This document shows positions 26,239 through 38,165 of a DNA stretch of 64,000 nucleotides, one piece after another; the first letter of the stretch is position 1; each line of letters starts with the position of its first letter. The notes under the pieces are model-generated. The model saw only the letters and a program-made list of their open reading frames with translations, made no database searches and had not been told where the DNA came from. Both the position numbers and the translations under genes were made by a program. The stretch spans positions 25,544,001-25,608,000 of the forward strand of contig NC_086106.1 in assembly GCF_963921235.1 (NCBI RefSeq). The letters are read 5' to 3'. The stretch is from Mobula hypostoma (Eukaryota).

Positions 26239-27545
26239 TGTCACAATGGGGCGTTGGGAACGGACCCAAATGCAAGACACAGACACTGAAGTACAAGGAG
26301 CAGGACTTGACTAGAGTAGGGACGTGTCAGGATTCAAATCAGGAGCAGGGCAGGACCTCAGACTTGGGCTAGGGAAGCGGGACCAGGATTAGGAACCATA
26401 GACGAGGAGACAAGGCTTGGGCTCAGGGCCCGAGACTGGGCAAGAACAGAGACCGTGGGTCTAGTCTCGGGCTCGGACCCCAGAACCAGGCAAGGACATC
26501 ACATGGTTTCAGAACAGGACGTGCCTGGAGCCTACAGGCCTGAACTTGGAGACAGACTGGGGTGCTTGTTCTTGAGCTTGTTTTAAGGCTACGCCCTTGG
26601 GTCTTGAGCTTGGCTTGAGGCTGGTGTCTTGGGTCTTGAGCTTGGCTGCAGGCTGGGGTCTTGGGTCATGTGTTTGGCTTGGGATCCTCGATGCTTAGGT
26701 TCTTGGAGCTTGGCTTGGGATCTTCGAGGCTTGGGTTCTTGAAGCTTGGCTTGTGATCCTCGAGGCTTGGGTTCTTGGAGTTTGGCTTGCGATCCTCGAG
26801 GCTTGGATTCTTGGACTTTGGCTTGGGATCCTCGAGGGTTGGGTTCTTGGAGCTTGGCTTGGGATCCAAAAGGCTTAGGCTATTGGAGCTTGGCTTGTAT
26901 TCCCCGAAGCTAGTTTTTTTGGAGCTTGGCTTGGGATCCTCGTGGCTCGGGTTCATGGAGCTTGCCTGCGGGATCCTCGAAGCTTGTGTTCTTAGAACTT
27001 GGATTGGGATCTTCGAAGCTTGGGTTCTTGGAGCTTGGCTTGGGATCCTCGAGGCTTGGGTTCTTGGAGCTTGGCTTGCGATCCTCGAGGCTTGTGTTCT
27101 TGGAGATTGGCTTGGGATTCTCGAGGCCTCGGTTCTTGGACGTTGGCTTGCGATCCTCGAGGCTTGGGTTCTTGGAGCTTGGCTTGCGATCCTCGAGGCT
27201 TGGGTTCTTGGAGCTTGGCTTGGGATTCTCGAGGCTTCGGTTCTTGGACGTTGGCTTGCGATCCTCGAGGATTGGGTTTTTGGACCTTGGCTTGCGATCC
27301 TCGATGCTTGGGTTCTTGGAGCTTGGCTTGGGAACCTCGAGGCTTGGGATCTTGGAACTTGACTTGCGATCCTCGAAGCTCGGCTTTTTGGAGCTTGGCT
27401 TGGGATCCTCGAAGCCCGAGTTCTTGGAGCTTTCCTGCGGGATCCTCAGTGCTTGGGGTCTTGGAACTTGGCAGCGGGTTCGTCGAGGCTCGGGTTCTTG
27501 CAGCTTCCCTGCGGTTCGGTGTTTATAGGGCTGAAGATGCTGTCT
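26239..27545 (-). mobile_element. LTR with an expanded internal tandem array
   Basis: Terminal TGTCACA at 26239, same family as 12147, and TATAAA on the minus strand near 27521-27526. The far end is truncated. Confidence 0.7.
26660..27500. repeat. Approximately 36-bp minisatellite, about 23 units
   Basis: Unit CTTGGGTTCTTGGAGCTTGGCTTG(G/C)GATCCTCGAGG. A 12-aa periodicity appears in the overlapping ORFs. Confidence 0.9.
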
Positions 27546-28689
27546 GTCAAAATAACCATATCGATTGAATGGCCCACATCTGTGTTGCAGAGCGAACGAT
27601 AAGCATTATTGAACACATAAAATTTTGAGCTGGCTTTCCCAGTGATCCGAGGACACTTCTCCTTGCTAAACCAGCAGCAGTGTTGAGACTTCGATAGGAT
27701 TGACAGACATTGTCTTCAGCATGTGGGTTCAATATGGTGGAATCAGAATCGGAAAGGTATGCAACCTGCGACCAGATAGGAGATGGCGATCGGGACGCTG
27801 AGGGAAGTGGGTCGAAATAGACTATCAAGAGGAGATAGGAGTGGAAAGAAAACAATTCTCACGGGGATGGAGCGGGTTGGACAGGAGGGTTTTTCTGAGG
27901 GGATTTACGTTGATCAGAAGGAGAGACAGGGAACGGGATTGCCGGAACATTTGAAATAAAACATAATAACGTCGTTTTGCAGATACTCCATGGGAAAATA
28001 CAATGCAGTTCCTTCAGTTTGCATATTCACCTCAAACTACTGTTGGTCGAAGCCGGCAAGGTCCGACTCTCCCTTTATATCAAACCGCTATCCTCGTCTG
28101 CGCATCTTTCGGTCCTCCTCCCCTTCAAGTTCGAAATCGTAAGGAAATAAAGAAAAGCAATAAGCAAGGTCTTTTATGAGCATCGGAGTCGTGTGTTCAA
28201 TCTCTTATCCCCTAACGGTGTTGTCTTCATAGGGCTCTGTCCTGCGAAGGTGTGAAGGATATATTTTTTGTACGTATCCGCCTTCACCCACAAAATTTGA
28301 AGTCCGATTTACGCAATGATACAGCACAAAAACCCACTCATGAACTCCGGAGATATTTCCCTGCTCTGGAAATCCTACATCCTGACAGGGTATCTTCAGG
28401 CCGAGCCACGTATGCGAGGATGAACGTTGTAAATATTGTTATAAAGTTGCCACGAATGTTAATTGTTCCACAGATAAGCAATGACAATTCCTGAGTAAGT
28501 TCAGCTCAGCACCATGCGCTGTCCTTCCTAATTCAATGATTCATTCCGATCCTGGCTCAACTAATCTACCCCATTTGTACCTCTAACAACCCAAAATTTG
28601 TGAAGGGCGCTGTATAGTTATAGGTTTAAGGTAAGAAACAGCAAGGGTTAAGGAACCCAGCGGGCAGCGATAAACAAGCCTCCAGACAG

Positions 28690-29745
28690 TAGGTAAAATG
28701 TGGAGCACAGATTACAAGAGGAAATAGAATTGGAATCTGAAACGGTAATGTTATGATAGTCATGGGAGATGTCAACATGCAGGTTGATTGGGTAGGTCAG
28801 CTTACATATGGATCTCAGGGAGTGAGCTTGTTGAATGCCAATGAAACGGCATCTCAGATCAGATTGTCCGTCACCCTACAAGGGGATCAGTTGTACAGGA
28901 TTGGTTGTTGTGCAATGAACTGGAGATAATTGGTGACCTTAGGATAAAAGAACAAGTTGAAAGTAGTGATCCCAATGTGATTGAGTTCGACTTGAAATTA
29001 GTCAGTGAGAAATTAAAGTCTGCCGAAGCAGAATTTCAGCAAGTCAAGAAAATTTCAGTGTTAGGAGAAAGAAATTGGCCAACGACTTCAGAATGCAGAA
29101 TTTGGAAGGAGAGGCTGCAAGGGAGGACAACAGAGCAGTAAGGGCGTCAATTTCTGCGGTAAATGAGACAGGTACTCGATAGCTGTATCCGAAAAGGCGG
29201 AAATACTCAAATGGAAAAGTTGTGCAACTGTGGCTGACAAGGGGAGTCAAAGCTAATGTAAAAGCAAAAGAGCAGGTATACAACAAAGCAAAAATTAGTA
29301 GCAAGACAGAGGATTAGCAAGCTTTCAAAACCCTACAGAAAAACTCAAAGAATCATGAGGAGGAAAAAGATGATATATGAGCGCAAGCTAGCAAACAATA
29401 ATAAAGTGGATAAAAAAAAAGGTTTATTCATGCATGTAAAAACAGAACGCAGAGATGAGAGTGCATATAGAAAGCAAGAAAATGTAGCCGAACAGTAATG
29501 CTGGGGGACAAGTTGATGACAGATGAACGATATGAGTATTAGGGTTTAAGAGTTCAGGGGCAGACATGTGAGTGCAATTTCAGTTACAAGGGTGAGGGTC
29601 CTCAAAACGCTGAATGACAAAATGATATATAAGTCATCCGAACCAGATGAACTGCACCCTTGCGCCCTGAAAGTGGTAGCGGTAGAGATTGCGGAGGCAT
29701 TAGGAATGATTTTTCAAAATCATTATCAATGAAATAGATGGTAAA
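28690..29745 (+). mobile_element. Degenerate CR1 endonuclease/RT fragments
   Basis: IVMGDVNMQVDW (endonuclease-like) and DELHPCALKVVAVEI remnants. Confidence 0.65.
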
Positions 29746-30394
29746 ATATATGACTGTGTTGCCAAGTTTGTAGATGGAAGGATAAGTCGTTCTTAGGAAA
29801 CATGCAGGCGACAGAAGGACAGAAAGATGAGGGAATGGGCAAGAGAGTGGCAGACGAAGTAGAATGCACCAAAACGCATGTCATGCATATTGGTATAAAA
29901 AATCAATGTGCAGACTATTTTGTAAGTGGGTAAAAAAAATCCAAAAATCTGGAATGCAAAGAGACTTGGAGGATCCAAGTGCAGAACACCCTGACGGTTA
30001 ACTTGCAGATAGAGTCGGTGGTGAGGATGGAAAATACAATGTTAGCATTCATTTCAAGATGTCCAGAATACATGGGCAGAGACGTAATGCAGAGGATTTG
30101 TAATACACGTGAGACCTCACATTGAGCATTCCGAACGGTTTTGGGTCCCTATTCTAAGAAAGATGTACTGGCGTTGCAAATGGTTCAGAGGACATTCACA
30201 TGGATGACACAGTCAGACCCGCAAGCAAAGCAGCTGTCCAACTAACTGAAAACTGTAGTCAGTAAGTTTTCCCCTTTCCCCTGGAGTTTCGCTTTTTAAG
30301 TGAATCACGTGACAGTGGTGGATATGTGTTTACGCTCCGGCTATTTTCCGGCAAAAGGCTCCCTCTAGCGAGCGCTCACTGCATCGCGGAGGTC

Positions 30395-30433
30395 GGATTT
30401 TTTCCAGAGCCGTCATCACCTTGCAACATTGTG
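30395..30433 (-). promoter_or_regulatory. 23-RSS (plausibly usable)
   Basis: CACAATG + 23 bp + AAAAAATCC. Confidence 0.8.
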
Positions 30434-30853
30434 GGCATCATAGCGCAGAGATAAACGGCGGAGTACGACACTAGAGCACCAGAGATGTTCAAATGGGCTA
30501 CCTTGCTGTCACGCTGCCAACCAGCGGTAAACCTCGTTGGATTCCGGTCCATCGGCCCTGCTATATACCGTCAGCAAATATCTTGGACATTCCACGCATA
30601 CTGAACGTACCAAAAAATATATTGAGCATTGCCAGTGTAATTACAGTTCAGTGTTACAATTTGTTCTTCCGCAATCGTTAATTCAAGAGGCCATTGCGTC
30701 ACCGAAGCTTTCACATTTGTTCCTGCAATAAAAGGACAGAATGCATGAACAGATCGGGATGTCTTCCACATACGGAACAGATATAGGCCGTTACCGGGGA
30801 GACTCACCGGGCATCATAGTCAATATAATCAGCAGATAACACAGCGAATTCAT
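30434..30853 (-). pseudogene. TCR V pseudogene, group C, with compensating frameshifts
   Basis: Leader, 85-nt intron and RSS are intact. A -1 deletion (about 30598) and a -2 deletion (about 30557) relative to the 24341 gene expose a TGA at 30571. D98 is changed to Y. Confidence 0.88.
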
Positions 30854-33544
30854 GGTGTCTGGCTTCAAACTCGATCGAAAGAGAACTTACTTTCAACAAG
30901 TTAATATCCTTGACCGATATTGAAGAGTAAAATCAGACCTGAAGCATATTTCAGCTGGTGTAAATCTGGGGGCGTTTCGCTGCCAATGGATTGATTGGCT
31001 ATGAGCATCGATCTGCGCTGGACCGAGCACCAATCAGAGATTGGTTTGTTTCAGTTTCTCTGTATGCTTTTTAAAATCCGACGCCCGGAGCTGTAAGATT
31101 TGTCGCGCTAACCACTGTGCAAGAGTGGTTATACTTCTCTCTCTCTCTCTCTCTTGCATTCTTCTTCCAGTCAGGCTCTCATCCCTATTTCTCTCTCCTC
31201 CCGCTGTTTATCGCTCTACTCTCTGTTCATCGATCACCATCCCTCGCTCTCTCACTTCTTCTTTTCTCTTGCATCTCACCGAGCTATGCACTTTGTCATT
31301 CCATCATACCAAACCGCCCACATTCTTCCCCTATTTTACTCACCATATCAACATCCCACCGTTTTCCCTGGATATCACTTCCTCTGCCCACTCGCAAACC
31401 GCAATTCACACTCAGACGCGTTTATCTTCACATTTCTCCACTGCGGAAAACGGGCGAAACGCCACTGAGGCAGAAAATAAGTAAAACAACTTCACTCGGG
31501 GGAACGGGGGATGTGCTTTGTGTGCTAGACGCTTGTCTCTCTGCTCCTCAGCCTTCTCTCTCCAGGAAAGTTGCTGTCGGTTGAGACTTGTGGACGGACG
31601 AGAGTTGGATGAAGAATTTGAAGATGCTGAAAATCCAATGCAACTCACAAAACTCTGTAGGAAGTCCCCAGATTCTGCCTGATCTGGGGAAAATGTAAAT
31701 AGCCGACGTTCCGTCCGAGACCCTTGTTCAGGTCTGAGAAGTAAGGAGGGAGATGCATAAACTAAAATGTGAAGGAACATGAAAGAGGCTGACTGAAGGG
31801 CGAAAGCTGACACCAGGTAGCTGGAAAGGCCAAGGGCAGTACAAGAAAGAAACTGATTATCTTATTAAGGCATGATCTTATTCAATTGCGGAGTAGGTTC
31901 GCCAGGTCAAATGGCATAGTCCGAGTCTTATTTCTTTTTGCCTTATGTTCTGCCCTTCCACAGTCATTAACTTTCTCACATCCTGAGTTACCCAATTTAC
32001 CCCGCTCGTATCTGTAACAAATCTCGAAGAGGGTGAGTGGCGCCGAATCTACATGACGGTGTAGAACACGCGCAAACTGATGAAGAAGAAATTATCCAGA
32101 CAGAGCAGCCATTAAAATCAGCAACAAACACGAGGCTGATACGGAGTCGGCATTAACATCAACAATAGGAATTTATCAAATTCTGAACCAGGTGAAGGTA
32201 ATTGCGTCACGGCAGGAGCATCAGGGGCTCGGGGAAGACACGTGCCCTTCCTCTCGAACCGGATTGGTATATCGCCTGTGATGTACCTTCGACTCTGCAG
32301 GCGTGTTGTTTCTCCGTCAGCTTCTCTTCGGACTTCATTTTACACCCCCCCTCCCGCTTACTTTGCATAGTGTAGTAAATGGCTGTTGTGTTTTTTTAAG
32401 GGCAGATGTTGGAGACCTGGGTGATCCAGAGTCTCCCAGGGAGCTACATCTGCAAGGAATGCATCTGCTCCTTGAAGATCCTTGAAGACCATGGTAGGGA
32501 TCTGGAGTGACCAGCTCAATGACCTTCGGTTTGTACGGCAGAGCAAGAAGGTAATCGATCGGAGTCATAGGGAAGTAGCCACCGCGAAGCTTAGGAGGCA
32601 AGTGGCTATTTGTCTATCAGGAGAAATGGAAATATGAAAGACAGTTAGCGCAGCGCACCCCTGTGGTCATTCCTGTCAATAGTAAGAATATTTTTCTACA
32701 TACCGATGTGGGCGATGAACTCCCGGGGAATACTAGGGAGACAGGGCTACTGCAACGCAGCATAGGCCCGTGCTGCAGATAGGAAAAAGGAAGAAGAAGT
32801 GAGCGGTAGCGAGAGGAGACTCAGCAATCGTGGGAACAGACAGGAGATTCTGTGGACGTGAACACAGCACACTGAAAGTATTCTGCCTCCCACATGTCAG
32901 TTTCGAATCTCGCCAACGACATTTTAGGGAGGTAGGATCAGCATTCAGATTTCAGGGCGCACATCACGCACGAAGGAAGAGCAAATAGATCCTGAAAAGT
33001 GTATTTGTAAAGCAAAGAAGAAGGCACTGGCAGATTTTGACGGGTACGAGGGATGTGCAGTTACTATTACAAGACTCAAAGAGCTGAACGAGCTAAGTCG
33101 CCCGTACCAAATGAACTGCAATCTCAGGTTCTGAAAGAAGTAGTTTTAGAGATTATGGGGATATTTTTTAACGATCTTTCAAAATTATTGTACTGTGTCA
33201 TGGTGCCAGAGGAATGTAAAATTAGAAACGTCACTCTACTCTTTAAGAAAAGTAGAAATTAAAGGCCTATTAGCCTGATCTCAGTGGTTGTGAATATGTT
33301 CGATTCAATTGTTATGGATGAAGTTAGGGAGTATTTGGTGACACAGGACCAGATGGGAGAAAGTCAACATGGTTTCCTTCAGGAAAATATTACCTGACGA
33401 TCATGTTGCAATTATTTGAGGAGACTACACGTAGGTCAGATAAAGCGGGTACAATGGATGTTGTCTGTGAGGTGTTACATAAGGGCTTTGGCAAGGTGCC
33501 AAATATGAGGATGCTTGACAAGTTAAGACCTATGGTACTACAGG

Positions 33545-34081
33545 GGTATGTGGGGTGTCAGGAAGGGGTAGCACCTCTGGTGGGGGAACATGTCGTGTCC
33601 TTTTCAGGGCGGTTAGTCCACCTTTGGTTCCCACCTGGCACTCAGCTCTCACCTGTGGCTCCCCCTAGCTGTTTGCATGCGACAGCGGCTACACCCCGGG
33701 CAACGGCTTCGACAAGCCGGTTAAACCAGGTGAGGGTAGCCGACGGGTCTCAAACCCTCGGTGAGATAGGGAGTTGTCTATCCCAGCATGTGAAGACAGA
33801 CTCCGGCGGATTGAGCGGACGAGACCAATGGAAGGTCCAACGGTCAAGAAGGCGGTCTCTGGAACGTGTAGAGCAGGACAAGACACAGAAGATGTCCTGG
33901 TCAACCACTGCGCCTAGTCCCATCTCCAGCCGTCTAGACTCTGTCTTGCCACTGGATCCAGATGGGAATTGGGAAGAGAGAGTGAGGCTGACACTGCGCA
34001 ACTCTCCCTCACCTAAATCCAAATCACGCGCTAGTCTCGAGAGGTCCTCATCGTCGTCAACGATGGACGAACAACAACAAC
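33545..34081 (+). mobile_element. Non-autonomous non-LTR retroelement, apparently full length, with a 13-bp TSD
   Basis: ATGGTACTACAGG is duplicated at 33532-33544 and 34082-34094, there is a (CAA)n tail, and the insert interrupts CR1 RT codons. Confidence 0.85.
33552..33734 (+). ncRNA. Candidate HDV-like ribozyme fold
   Basis: P1 GGGGTGT/ACACCCC, P2 CTCACCTG/CAGGTGAG, P3 GGC/GCT with a TCC loop start, P1.1 GG, P4 CGGCTT/AAGCCG. It needs a 20-nt insertion, and the catalytic C position is T. Confidence 0.45.
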
Positions 34082-35477
34082 ATGGTACTACAGGAATGTT
34101 ACTGGTATGGTTAGAGTAGTAGCTGTTTGGCAGCAGATAACGAATAGCACTAAAATAATCGTTCTCCGGTTGTCTGCCCGTGACAGGTGGTGCTCCGCAG
34201 TGCTCCCTGCTGGAAGAAATGTTTTTTTTTATGCTGTACATCAATGATTTAAATGATAGAATCCTTCCCTTTGTTGCCAGGTTTGCAGATGATGCGAAGA
34301 CCGATGAAGGGTCAGGGTGCTTTGATAAAACAGGTAATCTGCAGAAGGCCTGAGACAAATGACCAGAATGGGAAAAAGAGTGTAAATGAAATATCATCTT
34401 GGAAAATCCATGGCCATGCACTTCGTTGGAAGAAATAATTGTGCAGACTATTTTCTGAACGTGGACAGAAGCCAAACCTAAGATGTGCAAAGATGCAGCG
34501 GGGCTTGGTAGTCCCTGTGCAGAACACCTTAAAGGTTATTTTGTTTTTTTTTCGTGGAATTGGCGGAGAGGAAGACAAATACAATGTTAGACCTCATTTC
34601 AGGAGGTGGAGAATACAAGAGTAGGGATGAGTTGCTGACGCTTAAAGGCACTGGTGAGGCACCACTTTGGGTATTGTGAACAGTTTTGGGCTCCTCATTA
34701 AAAAAAAAATACGCTCGCATTGGGGAGGGTTCAGAGGAGGTTCACAAGGATATTTGCTGTAATTATTTGCATACGAGAAAAGTTTGATATTTATGAGTCT
34801 GTGTTCCCTGGAATTAAAAAGGATTAGGGGGATCTCACTGAATCTTTTCGAATGTTGAAAGGCCTAGACAGAGAAGATGTGTAAAGGATGTTTCATATGG
34901 TGAGGGAGTCTACCACAAGATGGCTAAGCCTCAGGCGAGACGGGCGTCAATTCAATGCAGAGATGCGGAGAAACTCCATCAGCGCGAGTGTGGTGAATTT
35001 GTTGTATTTGTTAGCACCGGCAACTGTAGAGGTCAGGTGTTTGGGAATACTTACGGCAGAGCGTGATACGTTTTTGATTCGCCACGGTATCAAAGGGTCC
35101 AAAGGGAAGGCCAGGAGTGGGGCTGAGAAAGGGTCAATGATCAGCCATGATTTAATGGCGGAGCGGGTTCGATGGGTCAAATGCCCTAATTCTTTTGCTA
35201 AATTTTATGGTCTTACGGTCTTACCTTCTGTTTCAATATGGTCAAATTTTAGCGAACTTTCAATTTTTCGCTCTCGACCTTCTTCGCGTGTCTCCTTCTT
35301 GCTGCATCCACACCAGAATATGTCTCGTTCCCTACCTTGTCTCCCTTAATCACTCTTATTACCTGTTTCCTCTCCTTTCTGCCCATCCTCTGTACCCTGC
35401 TCTTTCCGTTTTTTTTCTTTTGTCCTCCACTTTTCGTCTCTAACTTTCGCTCACTTACTTTCCCTTCCCCTTTCTGC

Positions 35478-35479
<2 letters not shown>

Positions 35480-35536
<57 letters not shown>
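35480..35536. repeat. (CT)n microsatellite
   Basis: Direct reading. Similar tracts lie at about 37401-37470 (CT then CA) and 61403-61495. Confidence 0.95.
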
Positions 35537-35539
<3 letters not shown>

Positions 35540-36681
35540 ACTATCTCCTCCCTCTTTTGCACGGATTCCCTGTGGATGCTCCTAATTACAAACAATTCTC
35601 CACGGATAGGTATATTCCTCCTCGTACAAAACTGCTACTAGGGGTTTGGGTGTGTTGTAGCTCGTGTCCCCCTGCCCCTTCACCCTCTTGTAGCCTCTGA
35701 GCAGGGAGGTTGTGTTGTCTCAGGACGGACCGTTGTTCGATGTTGAGCAGAGTGCGGTGAGCCGCAGGCGCGCTCCGTTCCGTGCGCCCATTGTACGCAG
35801 GATCTGTTCTGTCCAGATCGGCAATGGCACTGTATTAGGGAGGGCTGATCACGCAAATATACATAACGGAAGCTGGCACAAAACAACTGGAGATATTTGA
35901 ATCCAAGCAGTGGCCATTTCATGTCCAAACAACCTGAAATCTTCACCGATGTAGTTTGCTATTGAGTTTCGCTGTCCTAATTAACCGCGTGATTCTCGCA
36001 AATATTTAGGTGCGCCACTTCGACTTTTCTGGCACGACCCGCCCTCTAGCGACGGTTCACTGCATCACACCTCGCACAGACAATATGTACTTTAAACATA
36101 AATTCACTTTGAACAATGACCATTTCTCACAGTACGAGAATGCAACGGCCAAAATACGATATACATTCTCTATCACACTAAACATCCGGAGGATCTGTCG
36201 CATTATCTGAATCCTCAGGATAAATCAGAAGTAGCTGCTGCAACGTCCTTAATTTCATCAGCATGACACTTGTTGTTCTTTGTGAAACTGAAAACAACGA
36301 GTTTGTCCACACTCTGTTTTCCCTTAATTACCCACTGCCCTTTTTAAATATATCGCAGTTCCACTCCGTCCTTATTACTTCTCCATGCAGATGCTCGAAC
36401 AAAGTGGTCGAAGACGACGTAATACTACGTTGTCAAACGTGATGCCGTTGCAACAAAGAGAATGGGTAAATGCACATTGCCGTATCCAGGAAATACATTA
36501 CAAAGAACAAGTTTCGATTTGTGTTGTAGTCATGAACTGTTCCATTATATTCGCCGCCTTGGGTTGGTGATTGCAGCGTTCTTACGCAGGGCAAGTGACC
36601 ACGGCTGATTTCAGTGTGCGTCCTACCACTTTCCCGGCAAAAGTCGCCCTCGAGTGAGAGCTTTTTGCATTATACAGAACC

Positions 36682-37152
36682 AGTTTTTGCCCGGACCCGT
36701 CGCCTTCAGGCTACAGCGTGGTACTTAGTGAACTGAGATTTATGCCGCAATCCGACACAAGTGCTTTTACGATATTCAAGTGAGCCGTCTTGCTGCCTTT
36801 CTCTCTAAACTAGCGGTAAATGTCACTGGGCAATCTGGATGCCGCTCTATTCTTCCTGTGCTATATACTTTCAGCAAATACTTTGGAGATCCTACACTAC
36901 GTTGAATGTACCAAATTATATATTCTTCAGCGTCAGTGTAATTACAATTCATTGTTATGGTCTGCCCTTCCTAAGCCGTTACGTCGGGCGGATCCTGCGT
37001 CACTGAATCTATCCCAGACGATCCTGCAAGAAAGGACCGAATACATTCACGTCGTTAGCTTCTATTGAACACCGGGACAATTCGCGGGCCACCTCAGCAG
37101 AGACTCCAGGCAGCACAGCCAATGAAATCAGTAATGAACAGAGGGAACACAT
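36682..37152 (-). pseudogene. TCR V pseudogene, group A1, retaining a 23-RSS
   Basis: RSS CACGCTG-23-GCAAAAACT (36682-36720). Exon 36721-37023 has an in-frame TAG, a +2 frameshift and YLC changed to NLS. The donor GT is lost. Confidence 0.9.
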
Positions 37153-37396
37153 CGTGTATAATTTATCTCTGAATCAAACGGCAGATTCCTTTCAGGACGT
37201 AATTATAACAGATTTTGTGGTGTGAGATTGTTTCATCGGTACCTTTCACATTGTGTAAGAGCCGGGGCGTTTCCCTGTTCGAAGGCTTCGCTGACAGAAA
37301 AAATAAAACAATAGCTTCTGAGCACCAATCAGAATCTGCCTTGTTTCCATAGCGTCATTCTGCCTATTTCTTTGCTCTGTCCTGGGGCCGCGTTCC

Positions 37397-37469
<73 letters not shown>

Positions 37470-37923
37470 CCCTCTTGACGCCACTGGGAGAGATTAATGC
37501 CGATTCCCAAACGGGGATGTCAGTATAAAAAGAATGCTTAGTAGTGACTGTAACTTGGAAATAGCGACCGCTGTCACCTCTCTCGTTTTTGAACGAGCCA
37601 TATCAGTCTGTCATTTATTAGTGTGTGAGGGAGAGAATGCATGTAAAACGGTGAAATGTTGCAGTAAAAAGCGAGCTTTTGTTGTACTGTAGACCAATCC
37701 CGCTATGTGTATCTGGTTGCTTCGATGGTGGTTGCTGGTGGAAATGCTGAAACTTTATGCTAGAGTAAGTGAGAGAGGTAGAAGTTGTTTATACTTAATC
37801 CTGTTTGCCGCAGATTCTACAAGAGATGTAGCAGGGGAGGTTTAGGGTCATATCTTTTTCTGATATTGATGCTCTCGGTTTCCGTTCTGTTTTTAGAATG
37901 TCTGTGGGGACTATAAATACTAG

Positions 37924-38165
37924 CAACATACATCAAAGTTGCTGGTGAACGCAGCAGGCCAAGCAGCATCTATAGGAAGAGGCGCAGTCCACGTTTCAGG
38001 CCGAGACCCTTCGTCAGGACTGTCAGGACCTAGTCCTGACGAAGGGTCTCGGCCTGAAACGTCGACTGCGCCTCTTCCTATAGTTGCTGCTTGGCCTGCT
38101 GCGTTCACCAGCAACTTTGATGTATGTTGCTTGAATTTCCAGCATCTGCAGAATTCCTGTTGTTT
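37924..38165. mobile_element. Fold-back Penelope-tail insertion with two hammerhead motifs
   Basis: 100-bp inverted arms (37922-38021 and 38032-38131) with 2 mismatches. TSD GACTAT(A/G)AATACTAG at 37909-37923 and 38166-38180. The insert is absent at the paralogous site near 61950. Confidence 0.88.

Larger units (their letters stand above)
32250..35220 (+). mobile_element. Old fragmented CR1 (ORF1 esterase-like and ORF2 RT remnants, 3' UTR)
   Basis: GDS...GTDRRFCGRE (SGNH-like ORF1) near 32815-32870, RT remnants at 33090-34900, and a TTATGGTCTT tail at 35205-35220. The 3' part is duplicated at 45560-46000. Confidence 0.75.

Noticed and set aside
26660-27500. CRISPR-like repeat array
   Set aside because: Head-to-tail units with no unique spacers, no cas genes, and a vertebrate locus.
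26666-27568. Four long overlapping ORFs (96-200 aa) with 12-aa periodicity
   Set aside because: They are a by-product of a stop-poor 36-bp array inside an LTR. They are open in several frames at once and have no gene context.
33403-34119. 238-aa ORF, the longest in the window
   Set aside because: It reads from decayed CR1 RT across a TSD into an inserted element, so it is a chance chimera.
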